A stretch of 64,000 bases of DNA from an uncultured Nitrososphaeraceae archaeon (GTDB taxonomy: Archaea > Thermoproteota > Nitrososphaeria > Nitrososphaerales > Nitrososphaeraceae), in NCBI GenBank assembly GCA_963765895.1, contig CAVXZB010000019.1:256001-320000 (forward strand). Reading direction: 5' to 3'. Under the pieces are notes generated by a model. The model was given only the letters and a program-made list of their open reading frames with translations. It did no database searches and was not told the DNA's origin. This document shows positions 22,819 to 33,950 of the stretch, piece after piece; positions within the stretch are counted from its first letter, which is position 1; every line of letters begins with the position of its first letter. The translations under genes and the position numbers were made by a program.

Positions 22819-22949
22819 TCTGCTATTGGAGTTTAAGATTTTAACCTGTCCTAATTTTTCCTTCCGAATAAAGTCAGAAATGACAACGACGCAGTATAAT
22901 AGACTTGGATGGAACTGATGGCTAAGGATAATTCCGGTGAAATAAATTA

Positions 22950-24284
22950 ATGAAAATTGCATTATCGATTGCGGGCAGTGATTCTTCTGCGGGCGCTGGA
23001 ATTCAGGCTGATCTTAAAACCTTTTCTTCTCTTGGAGTGTATGGCTGCACAGCACTCACGACTATCACTTGTCAAACAGGATCTGGAATTTCAGGAATTC
23101 TACAAGTTTCACCAAAAATGATTGAAAAACAGATTCAGGCAATATTAGATGACATAACCCCCGATGCAGTTAAGATAGGAATGGTGTATGGAAAAAATGC
23201 CATCAGTTCAATCAGAAAAGTCTTGAAAGAGTCAAAAATTCCAATGATACTGGATCCGGTGATGATCGCGGGAACTGGAGAACGACTTTTAAATTCAGAC
23301 GCCATTACAGACCTAATCACTCATCTCCTGCCACTGTCAACTGTAGTTACCCCAAATAAATTCGAGGCAGAAGTACTATCTGGCCTAAAAATTAATTCTG
23401 TGCAATCTGCAATAACTGCTGCCGAGAAGATCAGGAAGAAAGGGGCCAACAACGTGGTCTTGAAAGGCGGACACTTACCCGGTAGATTTTCGACGGATAT
23501 TATTCTGAATTCTAGAAATCACGTATTTGAGTTATCAAACCACAGACTGACGTATGATCGCATGCATGGTGGAGGCTGTACTTTTTCAGCATCTTTGACT
23601 GCATATGTCGCTAAAAACTATGCGATTGTTGACGCATGTAGATGTGCCAATCAGTTTACGCACAGTTCCTTGAAGAATAGGATTGTTATAGGCTCTAAAT
23701 TCATTATCAATAGTCCATTCTTCAAACTTTACGAGCTTGCTGACCGGTACGAGGTCTATAGTAGTCTACAACGTGCCATCGAGATGATTGAGGCAACACC
23801 GAATTTTGGTAAATTGATACCCGAAACTCAGTCGAATTTAGCCTATTCTGTATCAGAGCCCAGTGATATTGATGATATCATGGCTGTCAAGGGAAGAATT
23901 GTTAAAGTAGGAGACAACGCTAAGCCTGTATCGAGTTTAAGGTTTGGTGTCTCAAAACATATTGCAGCCGCAATCCTAGGATACATGAAGTTCAGACCTA
24001 ACATGAGATCCGCGATGAATATAAAGTACAGTTCAAGAATTATCCTAGAAGCTCGTAGGTTTTTTTCAGTTTCAAGTTATGATCGTACAAAAGAACCCAA
24101 ACAATCAAAGAGAAGAGAAGGCCATTCAGTAGCTTGGGGAATTAACCAAGCTCTACTTAAAAATCCTACTGCAGATATTATTTATCATCAGGGGGACTTT
24201 GGGAAGGAGGCGATGACTATTGTATTTGCGCCTACGCCTATTGATGTAGTAAAGAAGTTGAAACACATCTTAAGGTACTACTAG
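22950..24284 (+). CDS. thiD: Bifunctional HMP/HMP-P kinase-thiamine phosphate synthase (ThiD-ThiN)
   Basis: IAGSDSSAGAGIQADLK, TPNKFEA, HGGGC; C-terminal ThiN LIPETQSN, GRIV, GDFGKE. Confidence 0.92.
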   Translation: MKIALSIAGSDSSAGAGIQADLKTFSSLGVYGCTALTTITCQTGSGISGILQVSPKMIEKQIQAILDDITPDAVKIGMVYGKNAISSIRKVLKESKIPMILDPVMIAGTGERLLNSDAITDLITHLLPLSTVVTPNKFEAEVLSGLKINSVQSAITAAEKIRKKGANNVVLKGGHLPGRFSTDIILNSRNHVFELSNHRLTYDRMHGGGCTFSASLTAYVAKNYAIVDACRCANQFTHSSLKNRIVIGSKFIINSPFFKLYELADRYEVYSSLQRAIEMIEATPNFGKLIPETQSNLAYSVSEPSDIDDIMAVKGRIVKVGDNAKPVSSLRFGVSKHIAAAILGYMKFRPNMRSAMNIKYSSRIILEARRFFSVSSYDRTKEPKQSKRREGHSVAWGINQALLKNPTADIIYHQGDFGKEAMTIVFAPTPIDVVKKLKHILRYY

Positions 24285-24344
24285 GCCGAGCTGGTGAAAG
24301 GTTATTATAAATGGAAGATTTCGAACATCATTGAATTATAGCAA

Positions 24345-25079
24345 ATGAAAGCCGCTATCCTCGCTGGAGGCTTGGGCACCAGATTACAGCCCTACACCTT
24401 TTTCATCCCCAAACCGATGCTGCCTCTTGGTAATAAGCCGCTCTTGGAACTTATAATCGAGTGGCTAAAGAGCAAACGGGGTGGGAAAATCGAGCATATT
24501 ATACTTTGTGTGAGTTACCTGCATAGAGCTATAGAAGAATATTTTGAGAATGGATCTAGATTTGGCGTGAAGATTGAATATGCTAGATCAGATCGTCCTC
24601 TGGCCACTGCAGGTCAGTTAAAGACTGCTGAAAAATATCTTCAGGATGAAAGCTTTGTCTGCGTGTATGGCGATTCTATCTATGAATTTAATCTCGATAA
24701 AATGATAATTGAGCATCACGATTCAAACGCCTTTCTTTCAATGGCCTTATTATCGTATAAGACTAACCTTAAATATGGTTTTATTGACCTCGACGGTGGC
24801 AATAATGCTAATGGCCTCAACGGTAGGGTGACAAGGTGGAGAGAAAAGCCTGAAATCACAGGCCTAATTAACATTGGATGTTACGTAATTGAGCCAGAAT
24901 TCTTTAAACTAATCCCAAAATCAAGTACATTTGGAATGGACGATGCGGTTAGACGAGCACTTGATGAGAAGAGGGTAATTAAGGGCTACAGAACAAAATC
25001 CGGGTTCATCGATATAGGCGATAAGAGGTCTTATCTTCAAGCATATAAGAAATATGCGGAGAAGTTGGGAAGGATATAA
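24345..25079 (+). CDS. NDP-sugar pyrophosphorylase family nucleotidyltransferase
   Basis: ILAGGLGTRL, PKPMLP, EKP, DIG. Confidence 0.9.
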   Translation: MKAAILAGGLGTRLQPYTFFIPKPMLPLGNKPLLELIIEWLKSKRGGKIEHIILCVSYLHRAIEEYFENGSRFGVKIEYARSDRPLATAGQLKTAEKYLQDESFVCVYGDSIYEFNLDKMIIEHHDSNAFLSMALLSYKTNLKYGFIDLDGGNNANGLNGRVTRWREKPEITGLINIGCYVIEPEFFKLIPKSSTFGMDDAVRRALDEKRVIKGYRTKSGFIDIGDKRSYLQAYKKYAEKLGRI

Positions 25080-25159
25080 AGACTTCTAATACTTACATGA
25101 GAATTAGTAGAGACCACCTTACGTGGAATTGTGACTAATGACCTATCGAAGGCTATATA

Positions 25160-25606
25160 TCATTCTAGCCTGATTCTATTTCTCCTTTGATCCCTAGGAT
25201 GCAAGAACTGGTATATCCCAATTAGGACTACCCCGAATCCAGCTATAATAAATACGTAGTTTATTGGATCGAAGGATGATATCATCATCTTTTCTGGAAT
25301 CTTTGGGCTAATAAATCTGAGCGATGTTATACCTACAATCAATATAATACCAGCTGCTATGAGAATTGGCCCTGCACCCTTATCGCGAGAACCTCGTGTC
25401 ATTGCGAACACAATTCCACTAACAACGAGTGCAGGAGCGCCAGACATAGAAACTATCTGTACCATGACTGCAATGGGATCCACAACGGTGTTCGGACCGT
25501 TACCACTCGGACCTATCAGAAAAGTATAAAATGATAACAGCAGAGCCACGTACATCGCGCATAGCCCTAACGAGGCGAAACTGAGCCATGTCTCAAGTTT
25601 CGGCAT
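25160..25606 (-). CDS. Hypothetical membrane protein (about 4 TM)
   Basis: Four hydrophobic segments. Confidence 0.65.
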   Translation of the reverse strand: MPKLETWLSFASLGLCAMYVALLLSFYTFLIGPSGNGPNTVVDPIAVMVQIVSMSGAPALVVSGIVFAMTRGSRDKGAGPILIAAGIILIVGITSLRFISPKIPEKMMISSFDPINYVFIIAGFGVVLIGIYQFLHPRDQRRNRIRLE

Positions 25607-25644
25607 GCAATATCCTTAAGAGCACCATAATAAATAATATCTCT

Positions 25645-26673
25645 TCACGTGATACCAACAAGACTAGCTAGCTCCTTCCTACAGGCGGATCCTAGAAGTT
25701 CCGCAGACTTCTCTGGAGTTACATCATTGACGTAAACCCCAAAACCTCTCTCCAAGCCGGACCATGTATTCATCTGTGGATAAACTTCGATGTGCCAATG
25801 TATCTGCCGGCTATTCTTCTTTTCCGGTGATAGATGGAAGACTAGGTTAAAAGCTGCATCGTTCAATGCCTTAGACATTCCCCCCAGGGTAGCACGTAGC
25901 ATAAGCGCTAGATCGCCTATTTCCTTCTGCGTAATCTTTGAAAAGGCAGTACTATGTCTCTTTGGATAAATCCAAAATTCATATGGATAAGTTGGTGCCC
26001 AAGGCGAAAATGTTAAGAAACTATCAGTCGCTAATATTTGTCTTGGTCCGCTTGACTCAACTCCAAGAATTTGACATGCCGAACAGGTCCCATGATCGTT
26101 CATATATCTATGATAGGCCTCTGCCTCCATTTCTATTGTAGGTGGGATCGCGGAGAACGTAACCATGTTGAAATGAGGATGAAATAAAGAACCTCCGGCA
26201 CCTGCTCCACTATTGACAAAGATCGACACATAAGTCACACTCTTTTGTGAATACAACCATCTCACTCTATCCTGTACAACGAGTAGTACGTTTGCCCATT
26301 GATCAATTGAAATTTGAGACAATGTCTGGTTATGATCTGGGGAAGCAACTACTACTTGGTGATATCCATAGGCGGGTTCACTGTAATGCGGTTTATCTGA
26401 AAACTCCGATGCAGATAGGGTGGATACTGCGGGATTACTGCTCTGAAAGACCCTAACACACCAACCATCGACAAAACTTTCGTCAGAATCGGATAATCTC
26501 TGTAACATGCCCTCTTTAGCAACTAATGCAATTAGTGCAGGTTCAGTCATCGATTCATTTCCAGGACAATAAGGACATTGATCCTTGTTCATGTCATCCC
26601 TATCACGCTTAATACTATCTATCGGAAGAACTACAAACCTATCCAAAACGTAATCTTTTCTGAGATTGCTCAA
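25645..26673 (-). CDS. galT: Galactose-1-phosphate uridylyltransferase / HIT-family protein
   Basis: CPYCPGNE, AGGSLFHPH, HWHIE. Confidence 0.85.
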   Translation of the reverse strand: MSNLRKDYVLDRFVVLPIDSIKRDRDDMNKDQCPYCPGNESMTEPALIALVAKEGMLQRLSDSDESFVDGWCVRVFQSSNPAVSTLSASEFSDKPHYSEPAYGYHQVVVASPDHNQTLSQISIDQWANVLLVVQDRVRWLYSQKSVTYVSIFVNSGAGAGGSLFHPHFNMVTFSAIPPTIEMEAEAYHRYMNDHGTCSACQILGVESSGPRQILATDSFLTFSPWAPTYPYEFWIYPKRHSTAFSKITQKEIGDLALMLRATLGGMSKALNDAAFNLVFHLSPEKKNSRQIHWHIEVYPQMNTWSGLERGFGVYVNDVTPEKSAELLGSACRKELASLVGIT

Positions 26674-27069
26674 CTAGCTTGTCATGCCTCTAAACATCGT
26701 AGGATACCTTTTAATTAAAGGTTCTCCAGCGATTGCTTCCTCGATTAATTGAATTAAGTATTAACAGGTTTCCGTGTGAGCTAACAAAGACTAATGGCTA
26801 GCAATAAAAAATGACAATAAGGCATATACTAATAATAATCTAGGTGATCGCCAGAACTTACTGGTAAGCCATCTAATACTACATTGGATTATTAGTGAAG
26901 AGGTGGTGTAATCTACTTTGTAAGTTATTTAGTAGAATGAGCGAATTATCAAAGACATAATGATGATGTGGATATTCTGAATTGGGCCGCCCTAGATCTA
27001 AAAAGCGCTGACGGCCATCTTGTTGAGCCTCCATTAGAGATAAATTTCTCGCTATTCTCCTGACTTCTA

Positions 27070-28359
27070 ATGAATGAGTATATAAGACCATGCAAGATTG
27101 TCTATGTTCTTCTAGATGGAGTAGGCGATCTAGCCCATCCAGATTATGGCAATATGACACCTCTTGAAGCGGCAAAAACACCAAACTTGGATTTTTTGAC
27201 TAAGAGAGGATGTATGGGCAATGTTTTAAGTGTTGGGACTGGAATAGCCCCTCAATCTGACATTGCGGTCTTTAATATGCTTGGATACAGCTTCCACGAC
27301 GGTAGTTATGTGGGTAGAGGTGTGATCGAGGCAATCGGATCAGGAATTGACTTTAAGAATGGCGACTTGGCGCTAAGGGGAAATTTTGCTACAGTAGACA
27401 ATGAATCTAGAATCATAGATCGGAGAGCAGGAAGGAATGTTAACGAAAGAGAGTCTCGCGACATATGTCTAAGCCTTAATAAATCTGTCAAATTTAACGA
27501 TCCTGATGCCACGGTTAATATCGTCCCTACTATTTCTCACAGAGTTGTCATAAGATTTCGGCATGCAAGGTACGCGCTATCTGAAAAAATCTCCAACACG
27601 GATCCTGCTTATTCTAAAGTAAATGGGATTGGAATTGCCAAGGCATCATCAAACAAGGAAACAATCATGCAAAGTGAGGCCGTAGATACTTCAGAAGCCG
27701 CCGTCACTTCAGCGAAGCTTCTAAATGAGTTCACTAGCCAAGCCACAGAATTACTAAGAAATCATCCAGTTAATTTAGTACGGTCTTCGTCAGGTCTAAA
27801 ACCCATTAACGGGATTTTGGCACGAGATTCTGGTAACAGGTACCCAAACCTGGAATCTATGAGCACCAAATACGGATTGAATATCGGTGCTATCGTGGAT
27901 ATGCCGGTAGAAGTGGGAATTTGTAAGGTTCTTGGAATGAAGATGTTCAAAGCCGGTGATGTTCAAGACTATCGGACTAAGGCAGCTGTCGTTGCCGATA
28001 TATTAGATAATTTAGACGCCGTATATATTCACATCAAAGGACCTGATGAATACGGACACGATGGAGACTGGCAAGGAAAGAAACAAAGTATTGAGATTAT
28101 CGATAATTCCTTTTTCGGCCCACTCTTGCGTAAACTCAATATTCAAAATACACTATTTGTAATTTCTGGAGATCATTCTACTCCTTGCATAAAGAATAGT
28201 CATAGTGATGATCCTGTCCCTTTATTGCTATCAGGATGCAACATGGAAACAGATGGTAGTGAAAGGTTTACAGAGTATTGGGGACAAAAGGGTAGGTTGG
28301 GTCTAATGATGGGTGAACAAATTCTCGGTCAACTACTGAAAGCGCGATTGAAGAACTGA
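27070..28359 (+). CDS. apgM: 2,3-BPG-independent phosphoglycerate mutase, archaeal type
   Basis: LDGVGD, TPLEAAKTP, PQSD, KGPDEYGHDG, SGDHSTP. Confidence 0.92.
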   Translation: MNEYIRPCKIVYVLLDGVGDLAHPDYGNMTPLEAAKTPNLDFLTKRGCMGNVLSVGTGIAPQSDIAVFNMLGYSFHDGSYVGRGVIEAIGSGIDFKNGDLALRGNFATVDNESRIIDRRAGRNVNERESRDICLSLNKSVKFNDPDATVNIVPTISHRVVIRFRHARYALSEKISNTDPAYSKVNGIGIAKASSNKETIMQSEAVDTSEAAVTSAKLLNEFTSQATELLRNHPVNLVRSSSGLKPINGILARDSGNRYPNLESMSTKYGLNIGAIVDMPVEVGICKVLGMKMFKAGDVQDYRTKAAVVADILDNLDAVYIHIKGPDEYGHDGDWQGKKQSIEIIDNSFFGPLLRKLNIQNTLFVISGDHSTPCIKNSHSDDPVPLLLSGCNMETDGSERFTEYWGQKGRLGLMMGEQILGQLLKARLKN

Positions 28360-28412
28360 ATTAAATAGGCTTGAAGCCGTATTGTTTAATCAAGGCCACT
28401 GGTGTTATCGGT

Positions 28413-28841
28413 TTATAAATGACTAGACAAGTTAATTCGGCTGTTACCAATCATGCTTACTTTACATTGTTCGCACATTTGTTCATCAATATTTGATTCA
28501 ATGTCATGATGAACGTCACAGATAATCATAGTAAATCGCATATAATTGCAGAGTTGTAGGAATTTCGACATGGTAAAAGGAGTATATGCATTATTTCCGG
28601 CAAGATCCCTGGCTATCTCGTCTATCATTCGCATAACTTCCTGAAAGGAAGTAAGCTTGGTAATCAAATCTATGTCTCCCCTGGTGCCTCTAATGTAATT
28701 GCTCACAGCGGCCTGAGTTATGCCTAGTGCCCTTGCAGCAAGTTCTTCCTTCATCTTGTATTCTCTAATTAATTTTACTGCAAGAATTGCCCTTATGGCT
28801 GGAATAAGAGATTTGGCTTCTATTTCTGCCGGCAAGAGCAT
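28413..28841 (-). CDS. Predicted HTH transcriptional regulator with C-terminal Cys/His cluster
   Basis: LPAEI...IPAIR, LGITQAAVSNY..GTRG; ICDVH and CEQC. Confidence 0.8.
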   Translation of the reverse strand: MLLPAEIEAKSLIPAIRAILAVKLIREYKMKEELAARALGITQAAVSNYIRGTRGDIDLITKLTSFQEVMRMIDEIARDLAGNNAYTPFTMSKFLQLCNYMRFTMIICDVHHDIESNIDEQMCEQCKVSMIGNSRINLSSHL

Positions 28842-29048
28842 AACAAAAAAAGCCTCTGCTTATTATATAAATCTTCTTCATAACCTGCATTAACAAACCT
28901 TAGTATAATTACAGTCATAGTTAGAGATCAGAATCGTTAGCTCATACTTAAATAACTGTTTTCTTAGAATCTACTAACCAATGGAATATCGATCAGAGGG
29001 CGGGCTTGAATCTGTGGTATAACATGAAGGGAGTTTTTACTAACTAGT

Positions 29049-30128
29049 ATGAATATTAAATTTGGATTTACGCAAGGACTTAATGTCGCTCGCTTAGGAT
29101 TAGATGAGACGCAAATTCTGACAGCCTGTCAGATAGCTGACAGGTTAGACTATGATTCAGTGTGGGTTATGGATCACTCTAATGTTCCGCAATGGAAAAA
29201 TGCTGTCGTCAATGATGCTTGGTTGATGCTAGCTCCCATTGGAGCCTCTACTACAAATGTGGAATTGGGGACCTGTGTCACCGACGCTATACGGAGACAC
29301 CCTTCATCTATAGCCCTTTCAACGATCACACTTGATAGGATAACAAAAGGCCGAGCTATTTTAGGTATAGGCGCAGGAGAAGCACAGAATGTCGTCGATT
29401 TTGGCATAGAATTCAATAAGCCAGTCTCGAAGTTTAAGGAGCAGCTAGAGGTCATTGAACGGCTATTTGACTCCGATCCAGATAACCACGTCAGTTATTC
29501 TGGTGAATACTATAAATTGATAAATGCTTGCCTCCAAGCAAAATCTATCCGAAAACCTAGACCACCTGTGTACATAGCAGCAGGAGCACCAAGGACTCTT
29601 GAGTTATGTTCTAAATATGGGGATGGCTGGATCCCCATAGGCTATACTCCAGAATTGTTTAGACATCATGCCGAGTTTATTAGTGAGAAGGCTCGAAGCT
29701 TTGGTAGAGATCTTTCCAATTTTCAATTTGCCAATGATGTTGATATTTACTTTACTGATGATGGAGAGGAAGCTTGGAACAAGATGAAAAATGCAGTTAA
29801 AGTTAGTCTTTATAAACCAGAACTTCTCAAGGTTCATAACATCCAACAAGATTCAGAATTTGACTTTCGGAGATATTTTACAGAGTATGCCATGAATAAA
29901 CCGGAATTGATGGAACAAATGAAGAAAGCCGCTACGCAAATACCAGATTCAGTTGCAAAAACTGCTATTGGAGTCGGAAAACCAGATGATATAATCCAAA
30001 TGTTGGACAGATTCATTAAGGCTGGAACGAATCACTTTATCATTCGATTCTGGGGCTTTGGATATTTCAAGAACATTGAACTCTTTGGTAATAAGGTAAT
30101 ACCTTATTTTAGAGACCAGTACAGATAG
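29049..30128 (+). CDS. LLM-class (luciferase-like) flavin/F420-dependent oxidoreductase
   Basis: DSVWVMDH, ELGTCVT, GRAILGIGAG, DGWIP. Confidence 0.9.
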   Translation: MNIKFGFTQGLNVARLGLDETQILTACQIADRLDYDSVWVMDHSNVPQWKNAVVNDAWLMLAPIGASTTNVELGTCVTDAIRRHPSSIALSTITLDRITKGRAILGIGAGEAQNVVDFGIEFNKPVSKFKEQLEVIERLFDSDPDNHVSYSGEYYKLINACLQAKSIRKPRPPVYIAAGAPRTLELCSKYGDGWIPIGYTPELFRHHAEFISEKARSFGRDLSNFQFANDVDIYFTDDGEEAWNKMKNAVKVSLYKPELLKVHNIQQDSEFDFRRYFTEYAMNKPELMEQMKKAATQIPDSVAKTAIGVGKPDDIIQMLDRFIKAGTNHFIIRFWGFGYFKNIELFGNKVIPYFRDQYR

Positions 30129-30136
30129 ACAAGTTC

Positions 30137-31177
30137 CTATAGAAAAAAATCAAGCTTTGAATCTCTGAACTGACTAGAGCGAGTCCCTTTTGGATCAGTA
30201 ACCTTTTCTAGAGCGTAGGCTTCAAAGCCCATAGTGTTTAGCGTAGTCGCAAATTCTGAAGCGAATCCATGGAATGTGTAGACCTGTTTAGGTTGGCACT
30301 TCTTAACTACAGCCAGTAACTCAGAGAAATCACAGTGATCACTCATTGGCAGTGCGTAATCTAGTCCCATCATGTACTTGTATCCTTTTTTTACAGCCCA
30401 GCCACTGAAACCGATTGTTATTGCATTATATTTTGTCTTCAGGCTCCGAACAAATTTGCTCTTTCCATGCGTTAACGGGGAAATAAGAATCCATGGTAAC
30501 CCTTTTCTGATTTTACCATTCCTTTCGGCATCTTGGAAATTTTTTCCTTCCTTAAGGTCAACTCCAAGATCCCTATACAGACAATTTATCCTATGAATCG
30601 AATCATATACATACATAGGCTCCCAGTGCTGAAAAAGCTGGGTCAATATCTGCGCCTTACCCACCTGGTAGCCCATTAACACAACTGGAATTCCTCTATC
30701 ATAACAATCTGAAATAATCATATTGGCCATATGCACCAACTCGGTTAAATCCGGAAATATATATTCGGGTCGTCCAAAAGTCGATTCTATAATTAACGTT
30801 TCGATTTGTGGTAATACAGCTCGCCGCATGAAGCTTCTGCTCCTAGTTGAAAGATCGCCTGTGTAATAAATCTCATCATCAATTACCAATCCTTTAGAGC
30901 CCAAGATGTGGCCGCTATTTAATAACAAAAAGCCGGGGTGCTCTTCTACAATGTCGCCTAAGGAATATCCTCTCTCTTTTGCAATGATAGAGGTTTCTTT
31001 AGAGGTCAAAGTGAGTGATGTGAAACAACCACCATTAGTCTTATGAAGGTGGTCGGTATGGGCATGAGACACAAATACAAAGTCAGAGTTAGTTTTTCTG
31101 TGTGGATCTAGTAATATTTTCTTTTGACTATTATGTGCTACAATATTTGTATTTATTAAATCAATAGTCCATCGCAA
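30137..31177 (-). CDS. Metallo-beta-lactamase/beta-CASP exonuclease
   Basis: SHAHTDH, GHILGS, YTGD, IESTFG, SDHCDF, FHG. Confidence 0.88.
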   Translation of the reverse strand: MRWTIDLINTNIVAHNSQKKILLDPHRKTNSDFVFVSHAHTDHLHKTNGGCFTSLTLTSKETSIIAKERGYSLGDIVEEHPGFLLLNSGHILGSKGLVIDDEIYYTGDLSTRSRSFMRRAVLPQIETLIIESTFGRPEYIFPDLTELVHMANMIISDCYDRGIPVVLMGYQVGKAQILTQLFQHWEPMYVYDSIHRINCLYRDLGVDLKEGKNFQDAERNGKIRKGLPWILISPLTHGKSKFVRSLKTKYNAITIGFSGWAVKKGYKYMMGLDYALPMSDHCDFSELLAVVKKCQPKQVYTFHGFASEFATTLNTMGFEAYALEKVTDPKGTRSSQFRDSKLDFFL

Positions 31178-31226
31178 TACTAGGTCACCAACTTAAGGTT
31201 CTCTCTTTATTTTAACATTGGGTATT

Positions 31227-32249
31227 TAGAACATATCCCAAAATTATTCTCCTATAGATAACTATACAACAGCCTAAACATATACTACTAATGCAAAATA
31301 GCTTCCTAACTTCTTCTCGTATCTAACTAAAAGTTTTCTGAACCTGTTATGCCAAGAGTTAGTTGTTTCCACAAACCCATCTTCTTTTAGCATGATGACG
31401 ATGATTATTACAACCAATAATCTTTATAACCGATTGTTCTCCTCTATGTCAAATATGTGGTATATATCCTTTATTGGTTCGTATACTTCGATCTCTTGAA
31501 AGTCATATCCTTTATTGGTTCGTATACTTCGATCTCTTGAAACATATCCTTTACCAAGATAGATAAAGATTCTGTTTTTCTTTATATGTCCTAGACGATC
31601 TTTTAACTACGGTATTATTATCCAGCGTGTTTATAGATGCCTTTCATATCATCATGCGTATTAGCCGCAGTTATAAACAACAACAACAACAACAGATAAT
31701 GGAAATATCTTGTCCATCAGTTATTAATACATGATGACGTTTTGTTCCTAACTATACTTACCTCTGTCTGTAGGATTAGGTCCAATCAGTCATTTCTGCC
31801 TAGAGATGCCTTTATCGATATACTACTACTATCAAGTGATTGTCTCTCTATTGAATTTCTACTTTAGCATCATACACTTTTTTTAGCAAGTCTAGTCCAT
31901 AATCTCTCAAATATCTTATATTGACCATTACAGGAATCTACTATGATAGACGAACCTGAATCATCTCATTTGCCAACATCTATTGTCTTCCATTGACATT
32001 GACATTCAGTTCTTAAGACATTCCAAAAACATACAGAATGCCACCGAATACCTTCCTAAATGATAGACTGCTGCTGGAAGTCAATGGTGTTATTTGGTTT
32101 TTCTATTGGAAGATATCAACAATCTGGCCTCATCCCCATAGCGCATCGGGATTCCTTTGACAGTCGGAAGATACTTGACTTTCATAAGCCACACTTATGA
32201 ACAAAACCCTCACAAGCTATATGTCTATCTATTTTTGGAATGGGTTCTA
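31227..32249 (-). mobile_element. Decayed IS5-family insertion sequence with imperfect terminal inverted repeats
   Basis: Minus-strand fragments SLDSSSI, KGYDFQEIE and ETTNSWHNRFRKLLVRYEKK resemble an IS5 DDE transposase, with many stops and frameshifts; ends TAGAACATATCCCAAAATT / ATTTTTGGAATGGGTTCTA with TA at both termini. Confidence 0.8.
31464..31553. repeat. 38-bp tandem duplication (period 41) inside the IS remnant
   Basis: ATATCCTTTATTGGTTCGTATACTTCGATCTCTTGAAA at 31464-31501 and 31505-31542, plus a partial third copy. Confidence 0.9.
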
Positions 32250-32345
32250 AACCATCTTGTAGAAACAGATATGGCACTATTATTCGGTTAAGATAATCCA
32301 GGGTAGCATAAGTTCATTTATTTATAGTTCATTTTATAGTATTAC

Positions 32346-32973
32346 ATGTCGGAAGCCCCAAACTTAACGCGTCTGGCTTTGATGATATCTGGAAGAGGGT
32401 CCAATATGAAAGCGATCCTTGAAGCTATTCAAGCGGGTACCATTGAGAATGTACTTCCAGAGATCGTTGTCTCAAATCGAGCTGACGTGGCGGGCCTTGA
32501 AATTGCAAAGAAATTCGGTGTTCCAACAGTCGTTTTCCAAAATAATGAATTAAGGGGATGGGCCTACGATGTACAGATAGCTAACTTATTTGACGATCTC
32601 GGCCTAAAAAGATCCTCCATGCTTATTTGTCTTGCAGGATACATGAGAATTTTAAGCAAGGAATTCGTACAAAAATATAAGACGCGAATTCTGAATATTC
32701 ATCCATCACTTTTGCCTTCCTTCCCAGGTTTAGATGCACAGAACCAGGCCATTAAATATGGAGTCAAGGTGTCAGGATGTACCAGTACACATTGTAGATG
32801 AGGGGGTCGATACGGGCGGGATTCTGATGCAGAAGGCTGTCCGGGTCTATGAGCATGATAATGCAGAGACGCTTTCTGCTAGGATCTTAGAATGGGAACA
32901 CACGATCTACCCGAAAGCTATAAACTCTTATTTGAAAGGAAAGATCAAGATTACTAGGGACACAGCGGCTTAA
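32346..32973 (+). CDS. purN: Phosphoribosylglycinamide formyltransferase (frameshift near 32783)
   Basis: SGRGSN, LAGYMRIL, NIHPSLLP, VHIVDEGVDTG. Confidence 0.94.
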
Positions 32974-33078
32974 CTTGTATCAACACTTTTGAGGAACACC
33001 TAACCCAATCGTGTCTGGAACTAACGCCTTTGTGTGATGGAAAACAAAATAAAATGGATCCATTGTATTTTTATTGCG

Positions 33079-33937
33079 TTGACTGCACAGATAATCGATG
33101 GTATACACGTTGCAAAACACGTTAAATCAAGGGTTATGAAAGAAATCAATCGCTTGAAGGCTAAGAATACTGAACCTTGCTTAGCTACGGTTCTTGTAGG
33201 AGACGATCTTGCTTCGGCCACTTATATTAAGAACAAACAGAGAGCCGCGATTGAGTTGGGAATGAAAACGAGGGACCTCAGACTCAATTCAAGTTGCACA
33301 CAATCAGAGCTGATAGAATTGATAAAATCACTTAATGATGAAGTAAATGTCCATGGAATACTAGTGCAGCTTCCGCTTCCTGTTCATCTAGACACATATA
33401 TTATCACGAACACTATCAAACCCTCCAAGGATGTGGACGGCCTAACCACCACAAATATAGGTTTGCTTGTTAGCGGCCGTGGCAGCTTAAAGCCATGCAC
33501 CCCTGTGGGCATAATAGAACTGCTGGATCATTATGGCATCAATGTTTCTGGATTACATGTGGTGATAGTAAATAGAAGCCAGCTCGTCGGCAAACCACTT
33601 GCCTTCCTCTTCTTGGAGAGGAACGCTACCGTCACGATCTGTCATTCCAAGTCAAACGATATTCTTAAGGAGATCAAAGACGCAAACTTAGTAGTAACTG
33701 GTGTTGGAAACAGGGAAAAGTTTACGTTGACTGGAGACATGATTACAAATGGTTCTATAGTAGTCGACGTGGGTATCACAAGATACAAAGGAAAATTAGG
33801 TGGGGATGTGGACTATCCCTCTGTAGCACAGAAAGCGAGCATGGATTACTCCGGTGCCTGGAGGTGTAGGTCCAATGACAGTTAGTATGTTGCTAAATAA
33901 TACTTTGATTGCAGCTTCGCTGTCAAGACTTGATTGA
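33079..33937 (+). CDS. folD: Methylene-THF dehydrogenase/cyclohydrolase (frameshift near 33840)
   Basis: [19 protein letters not shown]; [12 protein letters not shown] in the shifted frame. Confidence 0.94.
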
Positions 33938-33950
33938 CTAGATTTAGAGG

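Noticed and set aside
26959-27011. Possible C/D box sRNA (ATGATGA...CTGA...CTGA)
   Set aside because: No credible C' box, and I could not identify an rRNA or tRNA target for either guide; such motifs arise by chance in AT-rich DNA.
31464-31553. CRISPR-like repeat
   Set aside because: Only two adjacent copies separated by 3 nt, with no spacers; lies within a transposase remnant; no cas genes.
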